A stretch of 64,000 bases of DNA from Dehalococcoidia bacterium (GCA_042408785.1 JBHOQU010000124.1:70482-134481); one strand, 5' to 3'. Shown: positions 39,424 through 50,999, numbered from the stretch's first letter. Notes: generated by a model from the sequence alone, not told the origin. Program-made: numbers and translations.

Positions 39424-40598
39424 CGGGGAACTTGGGCTTTAAGGACGCTCAGGAGCTCCACCGCCCGCTTAAGGGTTTCGAGGCGCTTGGGGAAGGCAAA
39501 GCGCACCTTATTGCGCCCCTTAGCCGGGTCGGCGTAAAAACTGCTGCCCGGCACCGTAGCCACCCCGACCTCTTTTACCAGGTAGCGGGCGAACTCCACA
39601 TCGTTGTCGAAGCCGAACCCGGTAAAGTCGGCCATTACGTAGTAGGCCCCCTGGGGCTTGAAGCACCGAAAGCCGAGCTCCGTCAGCGCCCCCACCAGGA
39701 AGTCCCGGCGGGCCCGGTAATCGGCCAGGAGCTGGGCGTAGTACTCGTCGGGCAGGTCCAGGGCCACCGCCGCGGCCTCCTGAAGGGGAGCCGGGGCCCC
39801 CACCGTGAGAAAGTCGTGAACCTTACGGATGGCGTCGGTAAGGTCTGGCGGGGCCACGATGTAGCCGATGCGCCAGCCGGTAAGGGAATAGGTCTTCGAG
39901 ATACCGCTTATGGTGACCGTCCGCTCCCGCATGCCGGGCAGGGTCATCAGCCGGACGTGCTCCCCCTCGTAGACCAAGTGTTCGTAGATCTCGTCGGTGA
40001 TGGCGACGGTGTTAAACTCCTGGCAGAGGCCGGCGATGAACTCCAGCTCGGCCCGGCTGAAGACCTTCCCCGTCGGGTTGTTGGGGGTGTTGATGATTAT
40101 CGCCTTGGTTCGGGGCGAAAAGGCCCGCCGGAGCTCGTCGGGGTCCAGGTGCCAGTCCGGCTCGTGGAGGGTTACGAACTTTGGGGTTGCGCCCGCCAGG
40201 ACCGCATCCGGCCAGTAGTTCTCGTAGAAGGGCTCGATGACGATGACCTCATCCCCCGGGTTGACCAGGGCGAGCATGGTGGCGGCCATGCACTCGGTGG
40301 CGCCGCAGCAGACGGTCACCTCCCGCTCCGGGTCGATTTCAACCCCGGCGTGGCGGCGGTACTTGCGGGCGATGGCGGCCCGCAGGGACTTGCTTCCCCA
40401 GGTGATGGCGTACTGGTTTATGTCGGCCATGATGGCCCGGCAGGCGGCCTCCTTAACGGGGGCCGGGGCGGGGAAGTCGGGGAAGCCCTGGGCCAGGTTG
40501 ATGCCCCGGTCGCCGTGGTGAAGCAGGATGAGCCGGGTCATCTCCCGGATCACGGACTCGGTGAAGAGACGGGTTCGGTCGGCGATAAGGTCGGCCAT
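39420..40598 (-). CDS. Class I/II PLP-dependent aminotransferase (AspC/MalY/kynurenine-AT-like)
   Basis: SKTYSLTGWRIGY PLP-lysine region. Start taken at MADLIA. Its 3' end overlaps the mutL start (ATGA-type coupling). Confidence 0.8.
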   Translation of the reverse strand: MADLIADRTRLFTESVIREMTRLILLHHGDRGINLAQGFPDFPAPAPVKEAACRAIMADINQYAITWGSKSLRAAIARKYRRHAGVEIDPEREVTVCCGATECMAATMLALVNPGDEVIVIEPFYENYWPDAVLAGATPKFVTLHEPDWHLDPDELRRAFSPRTKAIIINTPNNPTGKVFSRAELEFIAGLCQEFNTVAITDEIYEHLVYEGEHVRLMTLPGMRERTVTISGISKTYSLTGWRIGYIVAPPDLTDAIRKVHDFLTVGAPAPLQEAAAVALDLPDEYYAQLLADYRARRDFLVGALTELGFRCFKPQGAYYVMADFTGFGFDNDVEFARYLVKEVGVATVPGSSFYADPAKGRNKVRFAFPKRLETLKRAVELLSVLKAQVPR

Positions 40599-40764
40599 GG
40601 GCAGGGCCTCCTGGGTTGCGGTCTTTTTAAGGGTAATTTTACCACCCCGGCCGGCACGGCGGAGAGCCGGCCCGGAGGCCGCCCAGGGCCTTCCGGCGGC
40701 CGCGAGCACGGCCATAGGCCCTTAGGCTGAGAAACCGTGGTGGCCCGTGCCCTGCGATGGGGCC

Positions 40765-40797
40765 AAATAAAAAACCGCCGGGCATCAAGCCCGGCGG
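40765..40797 (-). terminator. Rho-independent terminator downstream of tRNA-Ala (minus strand)
   Basis: On the minus strand, CCGCCGGGC-ttgat-GCCCGGCGG is followed by TTTTTTATTT. Confidence 0.75.
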
Positions 40798-40799
40798 CC

Positions 40800-40874
40800 G
40801 GTGGACCTGAGGGGACTCGAACCCCTGACCTCCTCAATGCCATTGAGGCGCGCTCCCAACTGCGCCACAGGCCC
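40800..40874 (-). tRNA. tRNA-Ala (anticodon GGC)
   Basis: Manual fold gives 7 bp acceptor stem with G3:U70, D-arm GCGC/AGTTGGGA/GCGC, anticodon loop AU-GGC-AU, T-loop TTCGAGT, discriminator A73, and CC of CCA encoded. Confidence 0.85.
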
Positions 40875-40885
40875 AACCAACCCTA

Positions 40886-40915
40886 ATTATAGCCGGGTTT
40901 TAGATCCCTTGTCAA
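40886..40915 (-). promoter_or_regulatory. Consensus sigma-A promoter for tRNA-Ala (TTGACA-18-TATAAT)
   Basis: Minus-strand TTGACA (40915..40910), 18 nt spacer, TATAAT (40891..40886), about 12 nt before the tRNA 5' end. Confidence 0.7.
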
Positions 40916-41011
40916 ATGGAAGGCGAGCAAGTAAGCATTATTAAGAAATGCGCCGGCAGGGGCCGCGCCAAAACTGCCGGGATACCCATCAGGCCTTTGC
41001 CGCCGGAAGAT

Positions 41012-41061
41012 TTGACGCCGGCGCCTTAAACGGCTACAATACGATATGTCGAGATATATCG
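41012..41061 (+). promoter_or_regulatory. Sigma-A-type promoter (TTGACG-17-TACAAT) with overlapping palindromic operator CGATAT-N8-ATATCG upstream of padR
   Basis: TTGACG 41012..41017, TACAAT 41035..41040, inverted repeat 41042..41061 just downstream of the -10. This is the expected site for an autoregulating PadR operator. Confidence 0.6.
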
Positions 41062-41086
41062 AATAAAGCCAAGGGGCAAGTAGGCG

Positions 41087-41599
41087 ATGTTCTGGCACGG
41101 CCCTTCCGGTGAGGTGGGGGAGCGTTTCTTCGAGCGGGGCGGCCTTAAGTTTCTTATTCTCGACCTGCTGGCCGAGCGGCCCCGCCACGGCTACGACATC
41201 ATCCGCGCCCTAGGGGAGCGGTTCGGCGGCTTCTACTTTCCCAGTCCCGGCGCCGTTTACCCGGTGCTCCAGGCCCTGGAGGCTGCCGGCTACATCGTCC
41301 TGCGCCGCGAAAACGGCCGCAAGGTCTACGCCCTAACCGACGCCGGCCAGAGGTTTCTCGAAGACCACAAGGAGACCGTCTCGGCCGTTCGGGAGCGGGT
41401 GCAGGCCCTCTGTGCCGCCGTCACCGGTCCCGAGCTCCTGCCGGCCCTCCGCCAGCTCCGCGATATCGCCCGCTACCTGGTCTGGCAGAACTTCAAGAAA
41501 AACCTTCAGGCCGAAAAGCTCCGGGAGGTGGAGGCCGTCCTGGCCGAAGCCCAGCGTCGGGTCCGCTCCATCATTGAGGGGGGAAGCATAGATGGGTAA
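41087..41599 (+). CDS. PadR-family transcriptional regulator
   Basis: Winged-HTH pattern LILDLLAERPRHGYDIIRAL...YPVLQALEAAGYI. Confidence 0.85.
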   Translation: MFWHGPSGEVGERFFERGGLKFLILDLLAERPRHGYDIIRALGERFGGFYFPSPGAVYPVLQALEAAGYIVLRRENGRKVYALTDAGQRFLEDHKETVSAVRERVQALCAAVTGPELLPALRQLRDIARYLVWQNFKKNLQAEKLREVEAVLAEAQRRVRSIIEGGSIDG

Positions 41600-43247
41600 A
41601 AATCCGGCGACTCAGCTCCTGGTCGAGCCGCCCAAGCTTACCCGGTCCCAGTTCGTCGGCACGATAGCCGGCCTGGTGCTGGCCATGCTTCTGGCCGCCC
41701 TGGACCAGACGGTGGTGGGGACGGCGATGCCCCGGGTTGTGGCCGAGCTCGGGGGCTTCAGCCAGTACACCTGGACGGTCACCATCTACCTGATTGCCTC
41801 GACCATTACCGGCCCCATTGTGGGGCGGCTGGCGGATATCTACGGCCGGAAGCGGTTTTACTTGGCCGGTATCGGCATGTTTCTCGTGGCCTCCTGGCTG
41901 TGCGGGGCGGCCTGGGATATGACGTCCCTGGTGGCCTTCCGGGGCCTGCAGGGCCTTGGGGCCGGGGTTATGCAGATGGTGGCCTTCACCGTCATCGCCG
42001 ACCTTTTCCCCCCGGCCCGGCGGGGCCAGGCCCAGGGGATTTTTGCCTCCGTTTTCGGCATCTCCTCCATCATCGGGCCCACCGTCGGCGGCTACATTAC
42101 CGACCACCTCTCTTGGCGCTGGGTCTTCTACGTGAACCTGCCCCTCGGCCTGCTGGCGTTCGGGGTTCTGCTGTTTGCCTTCCCCGACGTCCGGGTGCGC
42201 CGGGCCGTGCCGCCCCAGGTGGACTACCTGGGGGTCGCCCTCTTTACGGCGGCGGTGGTGCCCTTTATGCTGGCCGTCTCCTGGGGGGGTACCACCTACC
42301 CCTGGACCTCCCCCCAGGAGCTGGGCCTCTTCGGGCTGAGCCTGGGGCTTGCGGCCGCCTTTATCTGGGCCGAGGCCCGGGCGCCCGAGCCGCTGGTGCC
42401 CCTCGGGTTCTTCCGGAACCGGGCCGCCCTGGTCGGGCTGGTGGCCGCCTTTTTCACCTCGCTGGCCATGTTTGCCAGCATCCTCTTCATCCCCCTCTTT
42501 ATCCAGGGGGTGATCGGGGCTTCGGCCACCACCAGCGGTAACATTCTCACCCCGATGATGCTCTCGTTTATCGTCGGGTCCACGACGGCAGGCCAGATCA
42601 TTTACCGAACCGGCCGCTACCGGGCGGTGGCCGTGGGCGCCCTGCTCATTCTCCTGGCGGGGATGGTCCTGCTTTCCACCGTCGACGCCGGCACCAGCTA
42701 CTTAGGGATGCTCCCCTACATGCTGGTGGTAGGCATCGGCCTCGGGGCCACCATGCCCACCTTCACCATTGCGGTGCAGAATGCGGTGCCCTACCCCCAG
42801 CTGGGGATGGCTACGGGGCTTATGTCCTTTGCGCGGTCCACCGGCGGAGCCGTTGGGGCCGCCGTGATGGGCAGCATCGTCGCCAACCGGTTTGCCGCCG
42901 CCTTCACGGAAAACCTTAAGGCCGCCCTCGGCCCGGACCGGCTGGGGGCCCTCCCGGGAAAGCTCCTGGATGCCCTGGGCAACCCCGCCAACCTGATGGC
43001 CCGGAGCCTGGACTCGGGCGGGGGGATGGCCTCGGCCGGTCAGCTTCTGGGCCAGCTGGGGCCCGAAGCCGGCGGCCTGGCCCAGGCGGTCCTGGGGGCC
43101 TTAAGGCTGGCCCTGGCCGATGCCATTCGCCTGGCCTTCCGGGTGGACGCGGCCCTGGTGCTGCTGGTGCTGGTCGTGGTAATCCTCTTCTTGGAGGAGC
43201 TGCCCCTGCGGTCGTCCCACAGCGAGCCGGTTCGGCCCCAGGCTTAG
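41592..43247 (+). CDS. MFS transporter, DHA2 (EmrB/QacA, 14-TMS) drug:H+ antiporter family
   Basis: Fourteen predicted TM segments, motif A GRLADIYGRKRF. Coupled to padR by an overlapping start. Confidence 0.85.
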   Translation: MGKNPATQLLVEPPKLTRSQFVGTIAGLVLAMLLAALDQTVVGTAMPRVVAELGGFSQYTWTVTIYLIASTITGPIVGRLADIYGRKRFYLAGIGMFLVASWLCGAAWDMTSLVAFRGLQGLGAGVMQMVAFTVIADLFPPARRGQAQGIFASVFGISSIIGPTVGGYITDHLSWRWVFYVNLPLGLLAFGVLLFAFPDVRVRRAVPPQVDYLGVALFTAAVVPFMLAVSWGGTTYPWTSPQELGLFGLSLGLAAAFIWAEARAPEPLVPLGFFRNRAALVGLVAAFFTSLAMFASILFIPLFIQGVIGASATTSGNILTPMMLSFIVGSTTAGQIIYRTGRYRAVAVGALLILLAGMVLLSTVDAGTSYLGMLPYMLVVGIGLGATMPTFTIAVQNAVPYPQLGMATGLMSFARSTGGAVGAAVMGSIVANRFAAAFTENLKAALGPDRLGALPGKLLDALGNPANLMARSLDSGGGMASAGQLLGQLGPEAGGLAQAVLGALRLALADAIRLAFRVDAALVLLVLVVVILFLEELPLRSSHSEPVRPQA

Positions 43248-44428
43248 CCCCCGCCGTGGGCGATGAGGCCGGCGATGCCGCTGACGGCGATGAGCAGGGT
43301 CGGGTCGATGCGGGTAAAGAGCAGCAGGCCGGCGCTCAGCGCAAAGACGGCCACGGCCACCGGGGCCACCAGGGTAGAGGGGGCGAGCTGGACGACCACC
43401 GCCAGGATGAGGGCGACGACGGCGGCATTCACGCCGCTCAGGAAATCGGCCGGTGCCCGGATCTGCCGGAGCTTCGGGACCCAGGGGGCGGTGAGGAGCA
43501 CCAGAATAAAGGCGGGGGCAAAGATGGCCACGGTGGCCACCACCGCCCCCGGCACACCGACCCCGTACCGGACGCCCAAGACGTAGCCGACGAATGTGGC
43601 CGTGGTGAACACCGGCCCGGGGGTCACCTGGCCGACGGTGACGGCATCCAGCAGCTGCCGTTCGGTGAGCCAGCCGGTGCCCTGGACCAGCTCCTGGTGC
43701 AGAAAGGAGACCAGCAGGTAGCCGCTGCCGAAGAGAAGGCCCCCAACTTTAAGAAAGATGAGGCCCAGCCGGCCTAAAAACTCGGCCGTCCCCATCTCGG
43801 CGGGAGCAGGGGGATTAAACCCGAGGGCCAGCGGCGGAACCAGGGCGGCCAGGGCCGGGCGGAGGCGGCGGGCGGCCACGAGGACGGCCCCGGCCCCCAA
43901 CATCAGGATGACCTGGTCCACCGGCGCCAGCAGGGCGAGGCCGAAGACGGCGGCGGCCAGAACCGCCGTGGCCGGTCCGGTAACGGCGGACCGGCCGAGC
44001 CTTAAGGCGGCGGTAAGAATGATCGCGAGGATGACCGGCTTCATCCCCGCCAGCAGGCCCCGGATCTGGGGCAGGGCGCCGAACTGGACGTAGGCCCAGG
44101 CGATGGCCAGGACGATAAGGAAGGCCGGCAGGATGAAGCTGACCCCGGCCAGGACCGCCCCCAGCCGCCCCCGCCGGTGGTAGCCGAGGTAGATGGCCAT
44201 CTCGGTGGAGTTGGGGCCGGGGATGAGGTTGCAGGCGGCCAGGTAGTCGAGGAACTCCGCCCGGGTAAGCCAGGCCCGGCGGCCGACGAACTCGGCCTCC
44301 ATCAGGGCGATGTGGGCGGCGGGCCCGCCGAAGCCCAGGATGCCGAGCTTTAAAAAAGGCCAGAGGAGGTCTCTAAAAAGCGGACTAAAACCCGGGCTCT
44401 GCGGGCGGTCGGTATTGCTGGCAAGCAT
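43244..44428 (-). CDS. chrA: Chromate transporter ChrA (CHR family, long two-domain form)
   Basis: LGILGFGGPAAHIALMEAEFV...LIPGPNSTEMAIYLGY pattern. Confidence 0.85.
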   Translation of the reverse strand: MLASNTDRPQSPGFSPLFRDLLWPFLKLGILGFGGPAAHIALMEAEFVGRRAWLTRAEFLDYLAACNLIPGPNSTEMAIYLGYHRRGRLGAVLAGVSFILPAFLIVLAIAWAYVQFGALPQIRGLLAGMKPVILAIILTAALRLGRSAVTGPATAVLAAAVFGLALLAPVDQVILMLGAGAVLVAARRLRPALAALVPPLALGFNPPAPAEMGTAEFLGRLGLIFLKVGGLLFGSGYLLVSFLHQELVQGTGWLTERQLLDAVTVGQVTPGPVFTTATFVGYVLGVRYGVGVPGAVVATVAIFAPAFILVLLTAPWVPKLRQIRAPADFLSGVNAAVVALILAVVVQLAPSTLVAPVAVAVFALSAGLLLFTRIDPTLLIAVSGIAGLIAHGGG

Positions 44429-44570
44429 CTTTTGGTGTATTATTGTAGTGTAAGCTGAGGCGCCCCGTCAAAACCAGACCCCAGGCCGCTCCCCCGCCCG
44501 CCCTGCCAGGGTGTGGAGTCGGCCTGAGCAGGTTGCGGGGTAACACCCCAAAAGTTGCAAGGTGAACGAA

Positions 44571-46181
44571 ATGACCAAAAGGAAGGAGCGAGTTTCCGTC
44601 CGGGCCGAGGAGCTGGAAGGGATGGCTTCGGTGCTGCCGCTTCTCGAGGCCGAGGGCCTGCCCGAAGAGGTGCTGGCCACGGCCGGCCTCAAGGAGCTGG
44701 CCGAGGAGCCGGTGGAGAAGGCCCTCGAGGAGCTGGAGGAAGAGGAAGGGATCGATACTCCCGTCCGGATGTACCTGCGGGAGATCGCCAAGATCCCCCT
44801 CCTCACCGCCGACCAGGAGAAGGAGCTGGCCCGCCAGCTGGAGGAGAAGCGGTTCCTTGAGCGAACGGTCGAGGGGCTCCGCTCGGAGCTCGGCCGGGAG
44901 CCCGGCCCGGAAGAAATTGCGTTTAAACTTTACCGGGACATCACCGCCGGCCTTAAGCTGGTCCCCGCCATCGCCTCCTACCTGGGGGTGGAGCGGCGGG
45001 GCCGCAATCCCCTCGACCTGATGCGGGACGAGCGGGTTGCCGCCGCCCTGGACGGCGAGTTCGTCCCCGACCTGGTAAACCACATCGCTTCCAAGGTTCG
45101 CAAACAGCCCGCCGAGGTGGAGGCCGAGCTTTTAGCCCTCTCGGTGGCCCGGCGCATTCTGCCCGCCGACGTCTTCGAGCGGCTTCACAAGGTCCGGCCG
45201 AAAAGCTTTGAGGAGGCCGGGCCGCTCCTCCGCGACCAGCGGGACCGGCTGGCCGCCCACTTCAGCGCCGTTCGGGAGGCCGGCAACCAGGCCTTCCGGA
45301 AGCTGATGGAGTCTAACCTGCGGCTGGTGGTTAGCGTGGCCAAGAAGTACCTGGGCCGGGGCATGAGTTTCCTGGACCTCATTCAGGAGGGCAACATCGG
45401 CCTGATGCGGGCCGTCGAGAAGTTCGACTACCGGCGGGGCTTCCGGTTCAGCACCTACGCCACCTGGTGGATCCGGCAGGCCGTTACCCGGGCCATCGCC
45501 GACCAGGCCCGCACCATTCGCATTCCGGTCCACATGGTCGAGACCATCGCCCGGTTGCTGCACAGCACCCGGCACCTGGTGCAGCTCCTGGGCCGGGACC
45601 CCAGCGCGGCCGAGATCGCCCTGGTGATGGGCTTTATCGACCCGGAGACGGAGCGGCGGCTGGCCGAATACGCGGCCGAGCGGGGGGCCGCCCGCCGGGG
45701 CGTCCCCGACCTGAGCAACACCGACGTCCGGCGCCGGTTCATCCTCCAGTCGGGGGTACTGCAGCGGGCGGAGGCCCTGCCCCGGGAGCTCAGGCTCAAG
45801 GTGCGGCCGGCCGCCAACAAGGTGCGGGAGATAATCAAAGCCTCCCAGCAGCCCATCTCCCTGGAGACCCCCATCGGCGAGGATGAAAGCGTCCTGGGCG
45901 ACCTCATCGAGGACCGCCTCTCCATGCCGCCCACCGAGCTGGCCACCCGTCAGCTCCTCAGGGAAGCCATCGACCGGGCCCTGGGTCAGCTCACCGACCG
46001 GGAGCGGCGGGTCCTGGAGCTGAGGTTTGGCCTTGAGGACGGCCGGGCCCGGACCCTGGAGGAGGTCGGCCGGGAGATCGGGGTTACCCGGGAGCGGGTC
46101 CGCCAGATCGAGGGCGAGGCCCTGCGCAAACTCCGCCACCCCCTCATCAGCCGGATCCTCAAAGACTTCGTCGAAGAGTAA
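44571..46181 (+). CDS. rpoD: RNA polymerase primary sigma factor (SigA/RpoD) with a lineage-specific ~60 aa insertion in region 3
   Basis: Regions 1.2 to 4.2 are recognisable ([58 protein letters not shown] and 4.2 [30 protein letters not shown]). ATG 44571 is preferred over GTG 44562 because of the GGTGA RBS. Confidence 0.9.
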   Translation: MTKRKERVSVRAEELEGMASVLPLLEAEGLPEEVLATAGLKELAEEPVEKALEELEEEEGIDTPVRMYLREIAKIPLLTADQEKELARQLEEKRFLERTVEGLRSELGREPGPEEIAFKLYRDITAGLKLVPAIASYLGVERRGRNPLDLMRDERVAAALDGEFVPDLVNHIASKVRKQPAEVEAELLALSVARRILPADVFERLHKVRPKSFEEAGPLLRDQRDRLAAHFSAVREAGNQAFRKLMESNLRLVVSVAKKYLGRGMSFLDLIQEGNIGLMRAVEKFDYRRGFRFSTYATWWIRQAVTRAIADQARTIRIPVHMVETIARLLHSTRHLVQLLGRDPSAAEIALVMGFIDPETERRLAEYAAERGAARRGVPDLSNTDVRRRFILQSGVLQRAEALPRELRLKVRPAANKVREIIKASQQPISLETPIGEDESVLGDLIEDRLSMPPTELATRQLLREAIDRALGQLTDRERRVLELRFGLEDGRARTLEEVGREIGVTRERVRQIEGEALRKLRHPLISRILKDFVEE

Positions 46182-46199
46182 CCGACCTTTCGCCGGCGG

Positions 46200-46232
46200 G
46201 GCCGGGGCCCAAAAGCCCCGGCCTCCCGTTTT
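46200..46232 (+). terminator. Rho-independent terminator after rpoD
   Basis: GGCCGGGGC-ccaaaa-GCCCCGGCC stem followed by TCCCGTTTT. Confidence 0.65.
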
Positions 46233-47266
46233 AAGGCCCCTCGTAGAGCCGTTCCCCCCGGTGAAGGCGCAGGGACGTCCGGTAGGTCTGGGCCTGCTCC
46301 CGGGGCGTGGGCGCCAGGTAGCGGGCCGCCACCAGCACCGGAACCCCGTCCAAGTCGGAGTCGGTCTCAACGCTGTCATAGAGCCGGTAGGGCGTCTCCA
46401 CCATCTGGGTGGTGTGGAAGTCCCGGTCCTCCCGCAGGAGCAGCCGCCCCAGCACCGCCTGGAGCCGGCGGGGGTCGCCGCCCCCGTAAAGGGTACCGGC
46501 CCACCAGCTCCCCGGCCTCGTCCACCTGCTGCTGGCGGTCCAGCCGGGCTGCCAGCTCCGCCAGGAGGCCCTCGGGGTCGGCCGCCGGGCGGCCGGAATG
46601 TTGAGAAAGCGGTCCAGGTGGACGCTCATAGCGGCGTCGAAGACGGCCCGGAGCGCCTCGGGGGTGGGGCTTGGCCTGACGACCTGGTGGGCGGCGTTGG
46701 CAAAGCTGAAGGTGTGCAGGGCCGTTACCCAGTCGGCGAACTCGTTGCTGGTGGGGAAGCGGGCAACCCGCAGGGCCGCCGCGTAGGCCACGGCCTGGGC
46801 CAGTTTCACCGGCGGACAGCCCGCGGCCAGGGCCTCCAGGAGGCCGTCGGCGATGGCCTCCGGCTCGGCCGAAAGGGCCAGCTCGGCCAGCTGCCGCAGG
46901 CTGCCGCCCCAGGCCCTGTCCCGCCCCCGCTCCAGGGCCGCCGGGAGCCTTATCCCGGACCTCGACGAACTGCCGGAACCAGCGGTCCAGGGTGGGGATG
47001 TCGGGCGTGGGGCCCGGGAGGGGCCTTAAAAAGAACCGGGGCGGGGACCCGGCCGTGTCCTCGGCCACCGCCGCCAGGCCGTGGTAGGGGGCCAGGGGCC
47101 GGTCCTCGGGGGCGAGGTAGGGGAGCAGGTTGAAAAGGCAGGTGTGGGTCGTAAGGCCCGAGCCCCAGCCCGCCCGCTGGTAGCGGGTGCCGAAGTCGAG
47201 GCCGACCCGGAAAGGCTCCACCAGGTCGACGCCGGCGGCGTTCAGGGCGACCACGGCCTTAATCAA
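46231..47266 (-). pseudogene. Disrupted (multiply frameshifted) C-terminal portion of a Rieske-domain fusion gene; unknown function
   Basis: Protein-like translation alternates between two minus-strand frames at about 46930, 46590 and 46470 (ORFs 46376..47266 and 46231..46809 each degrade into G/P/R-rich nonsense). Reading upstream of the annotated TTG start is still protein-like (…PPEHHLRRIREALEGNIPLVLIKAVV…) and joins the Rieske ORF frame at a G7/C7 homopolymer (47321..47327). Confidence 0.5.
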
Positions 47267-47645
47267 GACGAGGGGAATGTTCCCCTCGAGGGCCTCCCGG
47301 ATGCGCCGCAGGTGGTGTTCGGGGGGGCGGGACCGAGACCTCCACCCAGACCTCGCCGCCCTGGACCTCTACCGGGAAGGTCCGCAGGTCGTCGGCCCAC
47401 GGGTGAAAGGTTCCACCGCCCGCCAGGTCGAAGCGGGCGTGGTGCCAGTGGCAGGTCAGGATCCCCTCCCGGACGGTGCCCCGGTGGAGGGGAAAGCCCA
47501 TGTGGGGACAGCGGTTGTCCACGGCGTAAACCCGGTCGCCCACCAGGAAGAGGGCGATGGTCTGCCCCTCAACGTGGACGACCAGCCGGCCGGCCCGCTT
47601 CAGTTCATCGAGGCCGGCGGCCCGAACGAATCTGCCGCCCGCCAC
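47259..47645 (-). CDS. Rieske [2Fe-2S] domain protein (probably the N-terminal domain of the disrupted downstream gene)
   Basis: CPHMGFPLHRG...CHWHHARFD is a CxH...CxxH Rieske motif. The last ~25 aa look like out-of-frame read-through. Confidence 0.7.
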   Translation of the reverse strand: MAGGRFVRAAGLDELKRAGRLVVHVEGQTIALFLVGDRVYAVDNRCPHMGFPLHRGTVREGILTCHWHHARFDLAGGGTFHPWADDLRTFPVEVQGGEVWVEVSVPPPRTPPAAHPGGPRGEHSPRLD

Positions 47646-47672
47646 TTCCAGCCTCCTCCGGTCCCCAAGGAC

Positions 47673-48143
47673 TTAAGCCCGGTCCCCGGCCGCCAGCTCG
47701 GCCGCCCGGCGCTCCAGCTCCCGAATCCGCTCGATTTGGCGCCGGTTCCACTCGTCGTCGCTGTAGGGGGTGTTGAACCAGGCGTCCAAAATCTCCTTAA
47801 GGATGGCCTCCGGGGTGGCCCTGAGGCTCAGGGCCAGGACGTTGGCGTGGTTCCAGACCCGGGCGCCTCGGGCCGTTTCGGCGTCATGGCAGAGGGCCGC
47901 CCGAATGCCCGGCACCTTGTTGGCGGCGATGGAGGCGCCCGTTCCCGTCCAGCACATCACCACGGCCTCGTCGGCCTCGCCCCGGGCCACCGCCTCGGCG
48001 GCCTGACGGGTCACCTCCGGCCAGTCGGCCTCCTGGCCGGGCTCGGGCCCGAAGTAGAGCACTTCGTGCCCCCGCCGCTTGAGTTCCGCCAGTAGAACGT
48101 CGACCAGGTGGGTCCGCTCATCGGTGCTCACCGCAATCCGCAT
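47673..48143 (-). CDS. rpiB: Ribose-5-phosphate isomerase B
   Basis: MRIAVSTDERTH start. CWTGTGASIAANK active-site region typical of RpiB/LacAB. Confidence 0.85.
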   Translation of the reverse strand: MRIAVSTDERTHLVDVLLAELKRRGHEVLYFGPEPGQEADWPEVTRQAAEAVARGEADEAVVMCWTGTGASIAANKVPGIRAALCHDAETARGARVWNHANVLALSLRATPEAILKEILDAWFNTPYSDDEWNRRQIERIRELERRAAELAAGDRA

Positions 48144-48160
48144 AAACCTCCCTCCCGGGC

Positions 48161-49818
<1,658 letters not shown>

Positions 49819-49822
<4 letters not shown>

Positions 49823-50955
49823 TTCACCTTCTCCATTGCCTGCAGGGCCAGGTAGGCGGGACGGGGGTTGCCCTTCTCATCGGTGATGCTCCAGTAGTAC
49901 TGCTCGTCGCTGGGGGTCCAGTAGGGGGCGCAGATGTAGATGAGGCTCATCAGGCCCACCCAGGGCCGCCAGTTCTGGGCCGCCCACCGGTAGGCCCGGA
50001 CGATGTATTCGGCCTGCTGTTCCGGGGTGACCGCATGCCACCGGTACGGGGAGTTGGGCCGGGGGTCGAAGGTCCAGCCGAACTCCAGGATCACGATCTG
50101 CCTTTTGTCGTCGCCGAACTCCACCATCACCTTCCGGTAGTCCTCGACGTGCCGGAAACTGTAGCTACGCTTTAATTCTACCGGGCTCTTGTCATAATTT
50201 GTAAGCTCGGGGTTCCGGGCCACCTCGTCGGGGTCCATCTCCGGCGGGGCCTTAAACCCGGCGGCGTGGACGCCCAGGGCGTCGAAGTAGTTCTGGGCTC
50301 CCAGCCGGTACATCTCCCGCAGGTACTGGATGTCGGGCATGGCCAGGGGGGGTGGGGCGGTGGTGGGGGAAAGGCCGCCGGAGATTACCAGGGCGTCGGG
50401 GTCGGCTGCCTTGATGGCCTGGTAGGCCACCTTAAGAAGCTCCACAAAGCCCTGGGGGTCGGGGCTCTTGCCCCCCCACTCCCGGGCCAGGTTGGGCTCG
50501 TTCCAGATCTGGTAGGCCTGAATCCGGCCCTTGTACCGCCGGGCCAGGGCGCTTAAAAAGTCGCCGAAGTCCTGGGGATTGGCCGGCGGCCCGTGGGTTC
50601 CCTTCTGGTGGTCGGGGGGAAGGGCCCAGTCGGGGGGTATGTCGACCCGGGCTAAAAGCTTAAGGCCGGCCTTCTGCACCGCCTCCACGACCCGGTCCGG
50701 CTCATGCCACTCGAACTGCCCCTTCCCCTTGCCCTCGATGTAGTTCCACTGGAACATCTGCTTGACCCACCGGAACCCGAGCTTTTTCACCAGCTCCAGG
50801 TCCCGCTCGGTGGTGTCCGGCTGGCCCCAGAGAAAAACCTGGATTCCGTAATCCGGGCTGGTCATCAGGGGCGGCTTCGGGGCGAAGGGGCCGATGCAGC
50901 CCGCCCCCAGGACCGCCACCACCGTCAGCAGACGCAAAAGTTTTACCCTTCTCAT
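49819..50955 (-). CDS. GH5-family glycoside hydrolase lipoprotein
   Basis: Lipobox LGAGC. IWNEPN (acid/base) and ILEFGWT (nucleophile) motifs. Confidence 0.75.
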
Positions 50956-50999
50956 CGCTCCTCCAGGGAAGTCGGTGTTGTGCCCGGCCTCCGGGTGCC

